NCBI RefSeq assembly: GCF_009914755.1
Contig: NC_060940.1
DNA from: the human T2T-CHM13v2.0 reference genome, Homo sapiens
Direction: 5' to 3' (one strand)
Length of the DNA: 64,000 nt
In this document: piece after piece, positions 22,381 through 35,216 of the stretch
Layout: each line of letters starts with the position of its first letter
How positions within the stretch are numbered: the first letter of the stretch is position 1
The notes under the pieces: model-generated
What the model was told of the DNA's origin: nothing
The model's database searches: none
Seen by the model: only the letters and a program-made list of their open reading frames with translations
Program-made: the position numbers and the translations under genes

Positions 22381-25300
22381 GGACAAGGCAAGGCTGGGGA
22401 GAGCCAGGGACCCCCACCCCAGTTCTCAGGCCTCAGGGTCCCCAAAGACCAGACTACTAGGACCTGGAGGCAAATCGGCTCCCTCTCCCCAGTTCCCAGG
22501 CGGGAAGACCAAGGCCCAGGACCCAGGGTGTTTAGCCTTCCAGAAGCCCAGAGAGGCCGCCAATCTCCCAGCTTGGAGGTGACATGAGGCTGTGGCTTTC
22601 AGACTCCTCAGCCCTGGGGAGGTGCCGCAGAGTGGCAGAGACACCGCCCAGGGTGCATGGAGAAAGAGCACCTCGCTGGGCCCCGTGCACAGACCCCTTA
22701 AGGGTACATGGAGGGACATGGCCCCCCTGTGTACCGTGGCGCTCTGCCTGCCAGTCCAGCTGCCCCAGACGGGGCCAAGGTAGTGGTGTCTGAGACCACA
22801 GTCCCCAGAGAGCACCATGGAAGGGGTTCAGACAGGCAAGACCTGGCTCCGAGCTGTCCTCAAGGCCTCTGAAAGGGCAGTTCTGGGCCTGAGCACTGCC
22901 CCACTGCCCCTGTGGGGCCAGGGCCTTGCCCTTTCCCTTAGAGACACCCCCTCCCCAGGACAGGCCACTGGGCCTGCAGGTGCGAGGGCCCCCAGGTCCC
23001 TGCAGGAGAGCTGGGCCCCACCCTGCCCTCCTTGCTATTCCCAGGCGGTCCCAGCTCTGCCATTAGCTGGGGCCAGGGTTCAGCCCGATAAAGATGGGCT
23101 GTTGTTCTGTGTCAAAAAATCAATAATTGCAGCGATGTTCCAGGCGATAGGAAGACAAGTTCACAGGCACCAGCTGGCGGGTGGGCGGGGCGAGGCTGGG
23201 GGCTGCAGCACCTGGGGCCGGCCCTTCCTGCCTCTCCCTCGCCCGGTGGCTGACGCAGCTGCTCTACAGTGGACGCCAGGCCCAGGCTTGGCCAAGCCAA
23301 GCCATGGCCCCTGAGCCTGCTGCTCCTTACTGCCCGTTTGTGGAAGGGCAGCCCAGAGCCAGCTAGGGCCTCGGCGAGGAGGCCAGTCCCTCCCCAGGGT
23401 CCTCTGGCTGGGTCTTCTCCCAGGCGGTGGTGCCCTCCTCCTCCAAACACAGGCACTCAGGTCCACGGTGTCCCAGTGCCTTGGGGACACAGCCGTTCAA
23501 CAGCCGGCCCTGAGGGGCTGACAGTCCAGCAGGAAGACAGAGTTAATGAAATCAAGACCTCTGCCCCCTGGTGCCCTCAGGAGGTGGTGAGCACTCTGGG
23601 GACCTGGGAGGCAGGGAGGAGGTGGGAGGGGCCGGCATCGCCCTCCGCACGACGGCTTCCCGGGGTCCTGGCACGGTGCCATGTGGGCTGGCCCTGAGGC
23701 ATCACCATACCTGGCACCTACCATTCCCTGGAGCCAGCACCCCCTGCCGTCAGCTCCCGGGAACGCAGCCCATGCCGCCTGTCTGCTGACCCCACCCAGG
23801 CCCCCTGCGATGTGGGTCCTGAGCACATCTTGGCAAGGAGACCACCGTGCTGGTGGGCGGGTGCTTGGAGGATGGGCACATAGGGCACGAGGCCCACCTC
23901 TAGCAGAGAGAGAGCCTCGGCAGGTGCAGCCGCCGGCAGGGCCCCCCCATGGGGCTTTCCAACCACGTGCTCACCCCAAGGACAGGCACCCCCCGCACCC
24001 CCAGCCCCCCACAGCCATCCACAGTGAGTGCAGGGTCTGAGGGTCTCAGGAAGGCAGGTTCTGTGGTTCGAAGCCCTTTGTTAACCTCTGGCCTGGGGTG
24101 AGAAGAAAACCCTCATCCAGGAGGCCTGGGGCTCTAGGCCAACCCCACCCTGGGCTCTCCACTGGCCTCCAGGGTGCTCTGAGGTTTGTGGCCCAGCAGA
24201 GGCCAGGCATCATGGCCAGGAGGCCAACAGGGGCCATGCCAGGCAGAAGGCAGAGGAGACCAGGGCAGGAGGTGGGGAGACCAGGGGCAGGGGCAGGGAG
24301 ACCAGGGTAGGGTTGGGGGGCACCAGGGTCAGGGGGCAGGGAGACCAGGGCAGGGGTGGGGGGGCACCAGGGCAGGGGGACCAGGGTAGAGGAGCTGGAA
24401 CCCTCCCAGGAGGTGATGGGCCTGGGGTCTTCTAGGGCAGGGCGCTGGGGGGCCTTAGGCAGGCCCCTCCTTTGTTTCCCCTCAGTGAAATAGACTCAGG
24501 TCTTGTGCTGGGGCTTAACTGCAATGCTGGGCACACAATAACACAGAATAATCCAGAAAGGACTGAATGGGGGCGGGCGGGCAGGGCAGGTTGTGCACTG
24601 AGTGTGCGTCCGCAGAGTGGTGGCCATCACTGGGTGTGCACGGGGCACAGCTCTGAGGAGCAGAGCCATTTCCCCAGTGTGGCCAGAGGGCCCAGACGTA
24701 TGTGACATCTGGTTTTTCAACAGCAAAGCTGATCCATTTCTCTACCCATCCTGGGTGTGCAGCTCCCAGGCTCCTCTGCGCCTCTCCCAGACCCAGCCCT
24801 CCTGCAAGGACCTGGACCCTCTGAGGGGCGCTGGGGGGACCCAGGAGGAGGCAGGGTGGGAGCCCTCATCAGGCCCCCAGAAGCCAGGCTAATCTGCAGA
24901 GCCCTCGAGTGGCTTTGTCTCCAAGCTCTGGTGCATCCATGGCTCCCGTCACCCGCGTCTCATCCGCCTGCGGCTCCGTCTCCCTTCTCGCTAGCGCATG
25001 TCACGTTGTTCCTTCCATCTCGGCTGTCCCGAGTGCCACAGCCGGGGCCACTGCTGCGAGTGAGGGCTACGGTCCTGCTGGCCTTTCCAGGTGGCCTTCT
25101 GCCTGCTCCGCTCGGCGACTCCTATCTGTGAACGGGGAAGGGGCTTCACGGAGGGCCCACTACCCAAGGGGTGGGATTCACTGCAAGTGGGGGTATGGCC
25201 TGGGCTGCAGACATGGGTTTGCGATCAGAGGACCTGGGCTCGACTCTCCCATGCCACTTGCTGGCTGTGTAACCTCCGACGTGGCCCCCAGCTTCTCAGG

Positions 25301-26083
25301 CCTTGCTTTTCACAGACGAGAGCAGGAGAAACGGTCCCCATCATCCCCCGAGCTCTTGGCCTCACCCCCTCAGCACCATGTCCCCGCCTCCAGAGCTCAG
25401 AGATGGGAAGCTGAGGTCTGCCCAGAGGTGCCATGGCCATCAGTGACCCAGCCAGGGCTGGAGTCAAGCCTGGGTCCCTTTATGTTTCTTGACTTGGCAT
25501 TCAGGTGTGGCTTGATCCAGGGAACACACTGACTGACTAGTGCCCCATGGCTCTGGTCTCCTGGTCCTAGACCTGGGCTGCCTGGGTGTGTCAGCCTTCT
25601 CCATGCCCTGGCAGGTTGGCTGGACGGGGTATGACTCAGAGGACGGTGCTCAGCCACTGTCCATAGCCTGGGTTGGGTCTTGTGGATTCTACAGGCCTGA
25701 GAACACCAGCCCCCATGGGAGATGCCATCCAGCTCCGGCAGATGTGGGCCTTGGGGAGAAGTGGCAGCCCTGAGGGGCCCGCATGGCTGTGGGAAAGGCC
25801 CCCTGCAGAGAGCCAGCTGCCCAGTGTACCCTGACCTCACCCATGCACCCAGGCATTCGGATGCTCACAAGGGACCCTTGTGAGGCCCCTCTGCAGATGG
25901 GCCCAGCCCCACAGCCCTCCTGGGAGGATACCCTTCCCCAGGCCATCCTGGGCTCCACTCGGGGGCCTCCAGCAGCCACTCCCTCCTCTGGGCCTTGGTT
26001 GCCCCATCTGTAAACAGGAACCTAAAAAGGGGATCACAGGAAGGGGCCCAGTGGGTCGAGGATGTGTGAAGAAGTTGCTGGTG

Positions 26084-26463
<380 letters not shown>

Positions 26464-27668
26464 TCACATGTGAAGGAGGCCATGACATCCACACAGGACC
26501 ACCCTTTCTACTGCCCAAGAGGCTTCCGTGGCTGCAGAGCAGGCCACAGAGTCCAACCACAGGCCTTGGGCTCCACGTGGGTTCCCCTGGTCTCTCCTGG
26601 GCACAGGCCCATCCCGACGCTCACTCTGAACCTCTCCCAGATGTGGCCTTCGGTGCCTGCCGTGGGCCCTGGTTGGTGAATCCTGGGAACCAGGGCTCTG
26701 CCTCCCGTAGGTGGCTGCAGCACACAGAGCCAGGGCCTGCTACTGAGGCTGCAGAGGGGACACAGAGTTTGCGCGGAGGTCACGGGGTGGGGGAGGAGCT
26801 ACTTAGCCTCCCCCCTCCCCTTCTGTCGCCTCTCTCTGTCCTGGGGCCTCAGCTGCCACCCAGATTACGGGCTTTTCCCCCCAGGAGGGTCTGACTTTGG
26901 AGCCGGTGACCTTGGGCAGGTCACCTCACCCCCTGTTAAATGGGCTCCAGGTCCTCAGGGGCCCCGCGGGGTTTGCCTGCGTGGGAACCAAGCACAGGTG
27001 ATCAGCAAGCGAATCCGCACGCGGCGCGTCATCGTGGACAGAGGGGCCGGCTTGCCCCGCCCCACGCAGCTGACCCCTGGCCACCCCGGTCTGCCTCCCG
27101 TGTGACCCTGGGGAGCCGCTCGCCCCTCTGGCCTCGGTTTCTGTGTCTGTACAGGATGTGTTGGAAGCTGGTGTTCTCGGGGCCCACGTGGTCTGTGCAC
27201 CAGCCTCACCGCCAGTCCGCTGACCCACAGAGGCTTCCAGAACCCCGTCAGCCTGGGGTTTTTCCTTCCCTCCCCCTCACTCCTTTTTCTTTCCTTTTTT
27301 GTGACTTTTATCAAAAGCAAACAGCATGATCCCTGAGACAGGGCCGCTCCCAACAAAGCTGGACCCAGCTGGCCTATGGGAGCCACAGGGCGGGGCCGGG
27401 CGGAGCGATGGGGCCGATTAGATAAGTGGGTGCTGGGGTGACCCCACGGTGGGCACCAACCACAGAGCCCACCATCTGGGGTGGCTGGACTTTGCACTCC
27501 CGAGACTACCAGCCATTAGGCACACAGGGAGGCTGGCCCCTGGAAGGCGGGAAGGCCAGCTGTGTGCAGGAGGGGCCCCGGTTCCCGGACGTCCGCAGAC
27601 TCACAGGGTGACGCCTTCACCTGCCTCCTCAAGTCAGAGCTGTGAGCCAGCCTGCCAGGGCCAGGGCT

Positions 27669-27778
27669 CAGGTGGAGAAACAGGCCTGGGGAGGCGGGCG
27701 GCTGAGCAGAGTGGGTTCAGGAGCAGGTGGAGAAACAGGCCCAGGGAGGCGGGCGACTGAGCAGAGTGGGTTCAGGAG
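27669..27778 (+). repeat. 55-bp tandem duplication
   Basis: caggtggagaaacaggcc..gggaggcgggcg.ctgagcagagtgggttcaggag x2. Confidence 0.85.
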
Positions 27779-28234
27779 GCAGAAGACCCTGGGTGTAGCC
27801 TTGGATCCTCTGTCAGAGAGCAGCTTCAGGGTCTGGTCTCGGGAGCAACTGCCCTCCCTGCTATGTGACCCCCAGCTGCTTGCTGGAGTCTCTGGGCCTG
27901 TGGGATGGGAGCAGACGCTCCTCTACCGGCTTGCTGCCACACGCGCGTCACGGAGGGGGCCACGGTTCCTGCGCTGGGCACTGTTGGCCACGTTGTTGAG
28001 GGAGGCGACAGGGGCCTCTGGGGCCTCGGGGGCAGAGCCAGAGCCCAGGGGTGAAGGCCAAGTCCCAGGGGGCAGCCCTGGGCTGGGCCCCAGGCCTTAG
28101 GATGCCCACCTGGTGCAGCTTCTCAGCCCATCTGGGCAGCTAGGAGAGAGAGAATAGTGCTGGCTGCACCGGCAGACACACCCCCTAACCTCACGGCACG
28201 AGCCCGAGGGAACGTCATGCTGGCACCCCCTTCT

Positions 28235-28940
28235 CCATATGGGTAAACTGAGGCTCAGAGCACACACAACCGCTGGCAAGCTGGGCAGAGGCAGGACTTG
28301 GCCCCAGGCCTGTGGATTCCAAACCCCAGCTCTCCCTCCCCAGGCACCCCCAAAAGGCCCTGGACCCTGGCCAGACCCACCGGGCTCCCCTCAGCCAGGT
28401 TCCCCACTCTGTGGGGTTGGCTCAGCCAGCAGCGCCAAGCTCTGCCTGGTCCTCGGTCCCCCACTGCTTCCATCCCCATGGGGTGTAATCGGAGGGCTTT
28501 AAGACCCATGTGGACCTTTCAATCATATAAATATGCAATGGCTGGAACTTCTCATTTGGTTCCTCGCAGATGCCTGGGGGTGAAATTGAATCCCAGCACA
28601 GCGTGTTTGTTCTGGAAATGGCGTGTGCAGTCTTGTTTGCCTGAATAAATTAGTCCTTGTCCCAGTGCTGTGCCTGTAGTGGCGGCCCCATTCCCCTGGC
28701 TGGGCTCACCCATGCGGCCTAGGTCCCGCCCCCTCCTCAGGAGACCCGTCTAGAGATGGGGAAACTGAGGTCAGAGCAGGAAGAGTCAGCCACGGGGCCA
28801 CCAGCCGCTGCCTCCCACCTCAGCTCAGAAGAGCCCTGGGGCTCTGGTTCAAACCCACCCACCCACTGCCTACCCTTGGGCCAGTTGCTTAACCTCTCGG
28901 ATCTGTCTCCCCCATGTACGTTGGGAGGAGTAACTTGAGC
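28235..28940. mobile_element. MIR core fragments (similar relics at ~85-140, 12068, 17780, 34175, 44030, 44515)
   Basis: gatggggaaactgagg and ccttgggccagttgcttaacctctc MIR core motifs. Confidence 0.6.
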
Positions 28941-31309
28941 ACAGCTGGAAAGAATCCTCACAAGTCCTGCTGGGCCTGGCTGAGGCTCGGTCCGTGGGGC
29001 AGGTACTCAGTTGGGTCCGTGGGGCGGGCACTCATGTTGGGTTCGTGGGTTTTTGGGAGCCACAGCTAGCGTCCCCATTCTTCAGCTGCAGAGACAACCT
29101 GGCCGGAGCTGGCATCTCTGCTGGGCTCACCCAGTTGTTCTGGAGCTGGGGAAGAGGAGGCAGAAAGACCAGTCACAGGAGGCTGGCAGGGAAGGACACC
29201 ACCCCCTGGAAGCCCACCCTGACAGGCCCGCCCTCAGAGCTGTCGGTGCCGGTGGGGGTGTCTGGCCACTGCCTGTGTTTTCTGGGAGCCCCAAGGCCAA
29301 GGCTGTGGCATGCCTGTTGCTGCCCCAGGTGCCCCACAGGGTTTTGTGGCGGGACAAGCACTGAGCTCACGGTGGGTTCTGGTCCCACCTCCAGCCACAG
29401 CTCCCAGTGTGGCTTGGGCACTCCTCAGCCTCGCCGGGCCCCAGGCTTCCTGGTGGTGGGGTTGGGTGCTGACCATCTCCATGGGTGCCACTGTCTGGAT
29501 CCCCCAGCCATTTCAGAGGCCATTTAAAAAAACAACTGCCTGTGTCTTCCTGCCCATTCCCACCCAGCTCAGCATCCCCCGGCCCTAGGCTCCAGGCCCC
29601 TCACCCTCACTCACGGACACTTCCATCCATTCTCAGCCTTGAGCCAAGTCCTCAGGAGGCACCCCATCTGCCAGGAGTAGGAGGCCTCACCCACCCCCAC
29701 TTTCCAATGCGATTTTACTTCCGGTTGGGAGAGGGTCTCTGCAGGAACAGGGCTGGAAATAGGTTATGTGAGCAGAAGAGCGTTGAGAACCACCACGGCC
29801 TCTATGTTCAGTTGCACAGGTCGAATGCTGCACAAGGGCACCTGGGGTGAGCTGGGGCTAAGATCAGCCATGCTCCCCTTACCAATCCAGGCACCTGCAT
29901 CCACCCCCAAGAGGCACCTTTCCCGTGCACAGCCCCTTGGAGACGCATCCTGAACCCTGGTCCAGGGAGATGGGTTGTCATGGTGACCATTGCCCTGGTC
30001 CCCAGCCCCACACCCCTCCGATCCCTGGACTCCTTGGAGGCCCCTCGCCCAGCCCCCGGCCATCCCTGAGTGGTGGGTTCTGCCCCTGGGCGAGTGGAAC
30101 GGCCACCTTTATCAGAGCCAGCCCTCTCTGGCAGTGTGTGATACCCATACCCAGAAGGGGCGGCCGCCACGGGAAATGCCAGCCACGCTCTTATCTGGGA
30201 GGCTTGGCCGGCTGGCCCTGGAGCTCCGATTAGGGAGCAGGACCGTTTGCCTGTGGGTGCCTCGTGGGCCGGGTAGGGTGGGCACCAGTTCTGCCCTCCC
30301 ACTTCCCCATGAGGGCAGGGGACAAGTGAGAGCCCAGGGCTGCCAGGACAGGGACCTCAGCACCCTTGAGGTGTGATACGCGGCAGGTGTGGACGCTGCA
30401 GGCCCAAGCTCCTCCTACCCCTGGAAAGGTGGGCACCAGCCCCAGGTGCACAGCAGTGTCTCAGGAACAGCAGGGACTCTGGTCAGGAATGTTCTGGAAC
30501 CCGAGGGGAAGGCATGCCACCCCTTCCCTCTCTGAAAGGAAGTCGCAGCCACTCCTGGGTCCAGACGTGCCCTCAGGGGCTTCTCGGACAAGGGGTCCTC
30601 TTGGCCCCCCACCCCGCCCTGCCCCCCAGGCCCCAGCAGGAGAGCAGAGGCCTGCATGCAGGGCCCACCCCACGAAGCTCCAAGCGTTTCTGACAGTCCG
30701 GATGGGATTCCACATGCTTCCCTGTGGCCCCAGCCCTGACTCGGGGGTGACACACAGGCTCACTTGATGGTGGCACTGAGGACCCGCCGGAGGCCAGACA
30801 GAGGGACAGATGAGCACACACCAGCAGCTCCCATCGGGGGAGTCTCTTCTCTCCCGTGCCCACCCCCGAGGCCTGGCCAGGTGGGCCAGAGTCGCAGGTA
30901 CAGCCAGGACATGAGGGGCCGGGCCCCCCACCACTGTCACACGCAGGGGTGCCCCTGGAGCCAGGCCTCTGGGTTTGGACCCCGGTGCCCCACTGCTAGC
31001 CTGCTAGCCGCAGAGCCTCCAGGGGCCTCGATGTCCTTGTCTGTGCAGGGGGATGACCGTCACAGGAATGGGTGTTCCCGGTCCCCCATAGGGCCGCGGG
31101 GTGCTAGCTGGCCCGTGTGACTGTGATGCTGGGACCCCGCTCACACTGGTCACCCTCTTGGTGCCAAGCCCTGCAGGGGCAGGGGAGGGGGCGGCCTAGT
31201 GGTCAGAGCCCTGGGCTGGGACCCAGGCATTCTGGGTGGGCTGGCAGCCCTGAAGCTGAGACGGCAGAACCGCTCCTGCTGCCCCCAGTCCGCTCTTCCC
31301 TTCCTGGGG

Positions 31310-31480
31310 GCTGATAAAGGGGCGCGGGCCTCCTCGGCCTCTCGGTCCTGGTTCGCTGCCATCTTATCTGCCCTGGGGAAGACAAAGACCCAGTTAAAAC
31401 GTTTTAGCAGGGCCTCCCGGCGTATTTACATGTTATCTCTGCCATTAGGCAAGCAGCTATCTGATCATCAGGCCCATTAA
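31310..31480. promoter_or_regulatory. GATA-motif cluster, intron 3
   Basis: TGATAA 31312, TTATCT 31364, TTATCT 31433, CTATCT 31457. Confidence 0.7.
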
Positions 31481-31744
31481 GACCACAGCCTGCCCAATCG
31501 GGGCTCCAGGAAGTGGGGCCGCCACAGCACTGCGGCCAGGGGACCAGGCCAGGCCACGTGAGGCCTCTGTGGGCCCAGGCAGCCCTGGCCACAGGAGAGG
31601 TAGAGGTGGCCCGGCCTTCCTGGGCAGAGGGTGTGTGGCCTGGGAGGAGCCACGTCCCTGTTGTCCACCAAGGAGGCTGAGGCTCCAGGAGGCAGGTGAG
31701 GGCCAGGTGTGGCCAGGTGTGTGTGTGTCCTCGGCTGGGTGCTA

Positions 31745-32120
31745 AGTTAGCGTGACCTGGGGCTTCAGGCAGCAGAGTGTGTCCTTGCACAGCCCGGAGG
31801 CTCCAAGTCCCAAGTCCAAGTGTCGGCAGCACCAGGCTCCTTCCAGAGGCTCCCTCCTGCCACTCTCAGCTTCTGGGGGCTTCAGGCGACCCTCATGGCT
31901 GCCTCCCATCTCCACCTCCATCTTCCCATGGTCTTTTCTGTCTCCTTTTCTGTGTCTCTTAGAAAGATACTTGTCATTGGTTTTAGGGCCCACCTGATAA
32001 TCCCATTGATCTCAAGAGCCTTAATCTAATTGCATTTGCAAAGACCCTTTTTCCAAATATCAGCACGTTCATAGACTGCAGGCTGATGTATCTTTTGGGG
32101 GCCCCCAGTCAGCCATGACA
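31745..32120 (-). mobile_element. MLT1-type ERVL-MaLR LTR relic
   Basis: gtcattggttttagggcccacc...ccttaatctaattgcatttgcaaagaccctttttccaaata, typical of antisense MLT1. Confidence 0.75.
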
Positions 32121-32455
32121 TAAACTCAGGCCAGCGTTGCACTGTGCGGCCGGGCTCTGTGGGCCTGTCCCACCCGCAGCCCTTGCTCTGGAGAACGACC
32201 ATCGCAGGGCTCACAGCTCGCTCAAACCCAGCCACAGGCATCCTCCTGGCTGCGTCCCTACACCCCACAGTGCCCTAGAGATCTTGCTGCAGGGCTGCCC
32301 AGGCCCCTGGGACCCAGCACCTGCCCGGCCCCTGCCATTCACCCCAGGCCCCCAGGACTGCCACCCTCCACTGCCCCTTGGGCCAACCCTAGCGGGAGGT
32401 GGGCTGGACAGGCCCCAGACCGGGCACGCCTCATGCCTGCGATGTCTCTCTGCAG

Positions 32456-32589
32456 ACGAGCTGGAGCCGGTGGTGCAGGATGGGCAGAGGCGCATACGGG
32501 CCCGACTCAGCCTCGCCACGGGCCTGTCCTGGGGCCCGTTCCATGGGAGTGTCCAGACCAGAGCCTCATCCCCCAGGCAGGCGGAGCCG
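32456..32589 (+). CDS. ZFPM1: ZFPM1 coding exon 4 (134 nt), PR/SET-like domain part 1
   Basis: tctgcag|ACGAGCTG...GAGCCG|gtaaga; DELEPVVQDGQRRIRARLSLATGLSWGPFHGSVQTRASSPRQAEP, with the PR-like WGPF motif. Confidence 0.96.
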
Positions 32590-34469
32590 GTAAGAAGCCC
32601 CCATCCCCGCCCCTGCCCGCCCACCCCAATGCAGGGCAACATGGACCCAGGGGACAGGCCCAGCTTAGATGCCAGCTCCGGGGCTCTGGCCACTTGAAGA
32701 TGTGGGCCTGAGATATTGGGACCTGGAGGATAGGGAGGGATTCGCTGCCTTGGGGCCCAGGGAGGGCTTCCTGTAGGAGGTGATATGGGGCCTTTGGTGC
32801 CCCAGGGAGGACTTCCTGGAGGAGGGGTTCTTTAAGCAGGACCTTGACAGATGACTGGGCATTGAAGCAGAGGAGAAGAGCATTCAAGGGGAGGGAGGAA
32901 CAAACCAATGGCCCAGGCCTTGGGGTACTGGGACGGTGGGGATGCTACAGCAGAGAGCGAGAGGGTAGTTCTGTGTCTGTCCCCGCGGACTCTTCTGACG
33001 ACAGGCACGGCCGTCAGGCCCATGGTCTCCATGGCCTCGGCACGTGTGCTCATCTCCTTGGTGACAGCCCCTGCCTGGCAGAGCCTTCCAAGGCAGCCCC
33101 TTGCTGCTAGACACAAAGGCCTGTGTCGTTTGTCTTGGATGTACTTCTGGGGCTACCTCCAACTTATGACAAGTCAGTTCGGTTTCCTCCGAAGAGGGTA
33201 TAATGGTTTCTTTTAAACCACGTCTCAGCTAAGAAAGGGCACTGGTATATAGAAACCTGTAAGTACGTGTGGGGCTGCATCATGGGCGGCATAGGGTCTG
33301 GGGCCTCCTGGGCCATTCACACAGCCTTTTGCAGCTGAGCGGGCAGACGCATGTCCCAGGCCGCTCAGGGAGTCACTGGGAAGCTGGCCCAGGACAGAGG
33401 GCGTCCCCCTTTGCCAGGCCCTGGAGTCTCCTGCCTTTATGCCATTTCCTTGCTGTGCATCCCCAGGCAGGCCCCTGCCCACTGTGAGCCTCCACTTCCT
33501 CAGCCTTTGGGACCTTGGGTGAGACACAGGGGCGCCTAAAGCTTCCTTTTACGTCTGAGCCTGCAGACCCTGAGAGGGGGCGTGGGCAGGGCTGCAAGCT
33601 TATCTGTGGTGCAGGGAAGCCCAGGGCACCCCTGTCTGCCAGGGCAGCTGGGCGGGTCACGTGAGATGGTCAGGAGTGGTGCTTGACACAGGGCATGGCT
33701 CAGTGGGCACTGCGGCCAGCAGCCCTGCAGGAGGGGTGGCTGCCTGGCCCCGTGGCCTGGAGCAGGGAGGTGGAAGAACGGCAGCGGAAGCTCAGTGGTG
33801 GTCAGTTTTCTCCATGGAAGGAGCCACATTTCAGCTCCACCACAGGAAGGAAGCCATGGTGTTTAGAGCTGGTTCTGTGGGGCGTGAGCTCCCCATCACT
33901 GTACGCGTGTGAGCGGCAGTTGATCCTTCTGGGGTGCTGGGATGTGGGGATCTTGGCAGGCATTTATGGTTGCCAGGAGGAATGAGTGGATGGGCTAGGA
34001 GCTCCGTGGCTCTCATCTCTGAACTCTCAAAGTGTCAAGAAAACCCATAGGTAGAGACCAAGGGCAAAGACCGTAGGGGCTGAGATTGGAGGGCTCTGTG
34101 AGTTCCAGACACACCACACGCCCATCCTCACTTCCTCCTCCCCGCACCCTACGAGGAGGGTCCTGCCACTCCATTTTACAGATGAGAAAACTGAGGCTCC
34201 AAGATGTTAAGTCAATTGCCCAAATACCCAGGATCAAACAGCAGAGGGAGAAATAGAACCCACATCTGCCTATCCCCGGAGACCCTCGCAAGCTCCTTAA
34301 TGGTAGGGCTGAGGGGCTGGCACCGGCCCAGGAGTCATCCCCACGGGCTGCCCTTTGCCCTAGCTGCAGTCACCCCTCCCTGTCCGCCTGCCTCCGCATT
34401 TAGTCCTGCTCTGGCCTAGGGCACAGGCCATCCTGGGGATACGGGCACGGGGTTAGAAACGCTCCCAAG

Positions 34470-34780
34470 TGGGGAGATAACGTCTGGGGGCACAAGGGGA
34501 GCCAAGGCCAGAGGAGCCGCTGGGGCTCTGTGGGGAGCCCGGGGAGGAAGGAGCCCCCGCTCCACTCTTCCCTCCTCTGCTTTATCTCCTGCAGAATTAA
34601 ATCCTTGATTAACCCTTATCTCCCCAGCGAGGCGCTATCTCCGCCTTGGCGCCGAGTGTCCAGACACACCGTACAAGATGATTGATTTCTTCAAGATATG
34701 CACGCCTTTCCGATACTTCATTTATTGTCTAAATATTTTTGCGTCTCAGCGGGCCCCTGTCGCTCTTGGCTGATAGGTCC
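34470..34780. promoter_or_regulatory. GATA-motif cluster, intron 4
   Basis: AGATAA 34475, TTATCT 34582, TTATCT 34616, CTATCT 34635, TGATAG 34771; AT-rich core. Confidence 0.7.
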
Positions 34781-35216
34781 CAGTTCTCTCCCCGACCCCT
34801 CCCTGAGGAGGACGTTGCCTCCTGCCCGGATCGCCCCAGCTGCTGCCAGTTTTTCTTCTCTCTTTGTAGAAGGAGAAGGGGGAGGGGTGCAGATGCGATG
34901 CTGTGACCCTCCCCGCTGGCCTCCACAGGCCTGGGGCTTGCTCACAGGCCGGGATGAACAGGGACAGGGTGGCTTCCCCCTCGGTTCCCCACCTCTGGAC
35001 ATGGGGGGCGGGCACCCACAGAGGAAAATGAGTGCACAAGTCCCCAGCCGAGTCAGGAGCGTGGACTCTGGCACCGACTTGCCGTGTGACCTGGGGCAGG
35101 TCGCTTCCCTGATGCAGCAACAGCTCCCACCCCTGCCACGCCAGGGGTTGGAGGAAAGGGGCCTGAGGGGCCCAGCCAGCTTCAGAATTTATAGTCAGAT
35201 ACAGAAGAAACACTCG

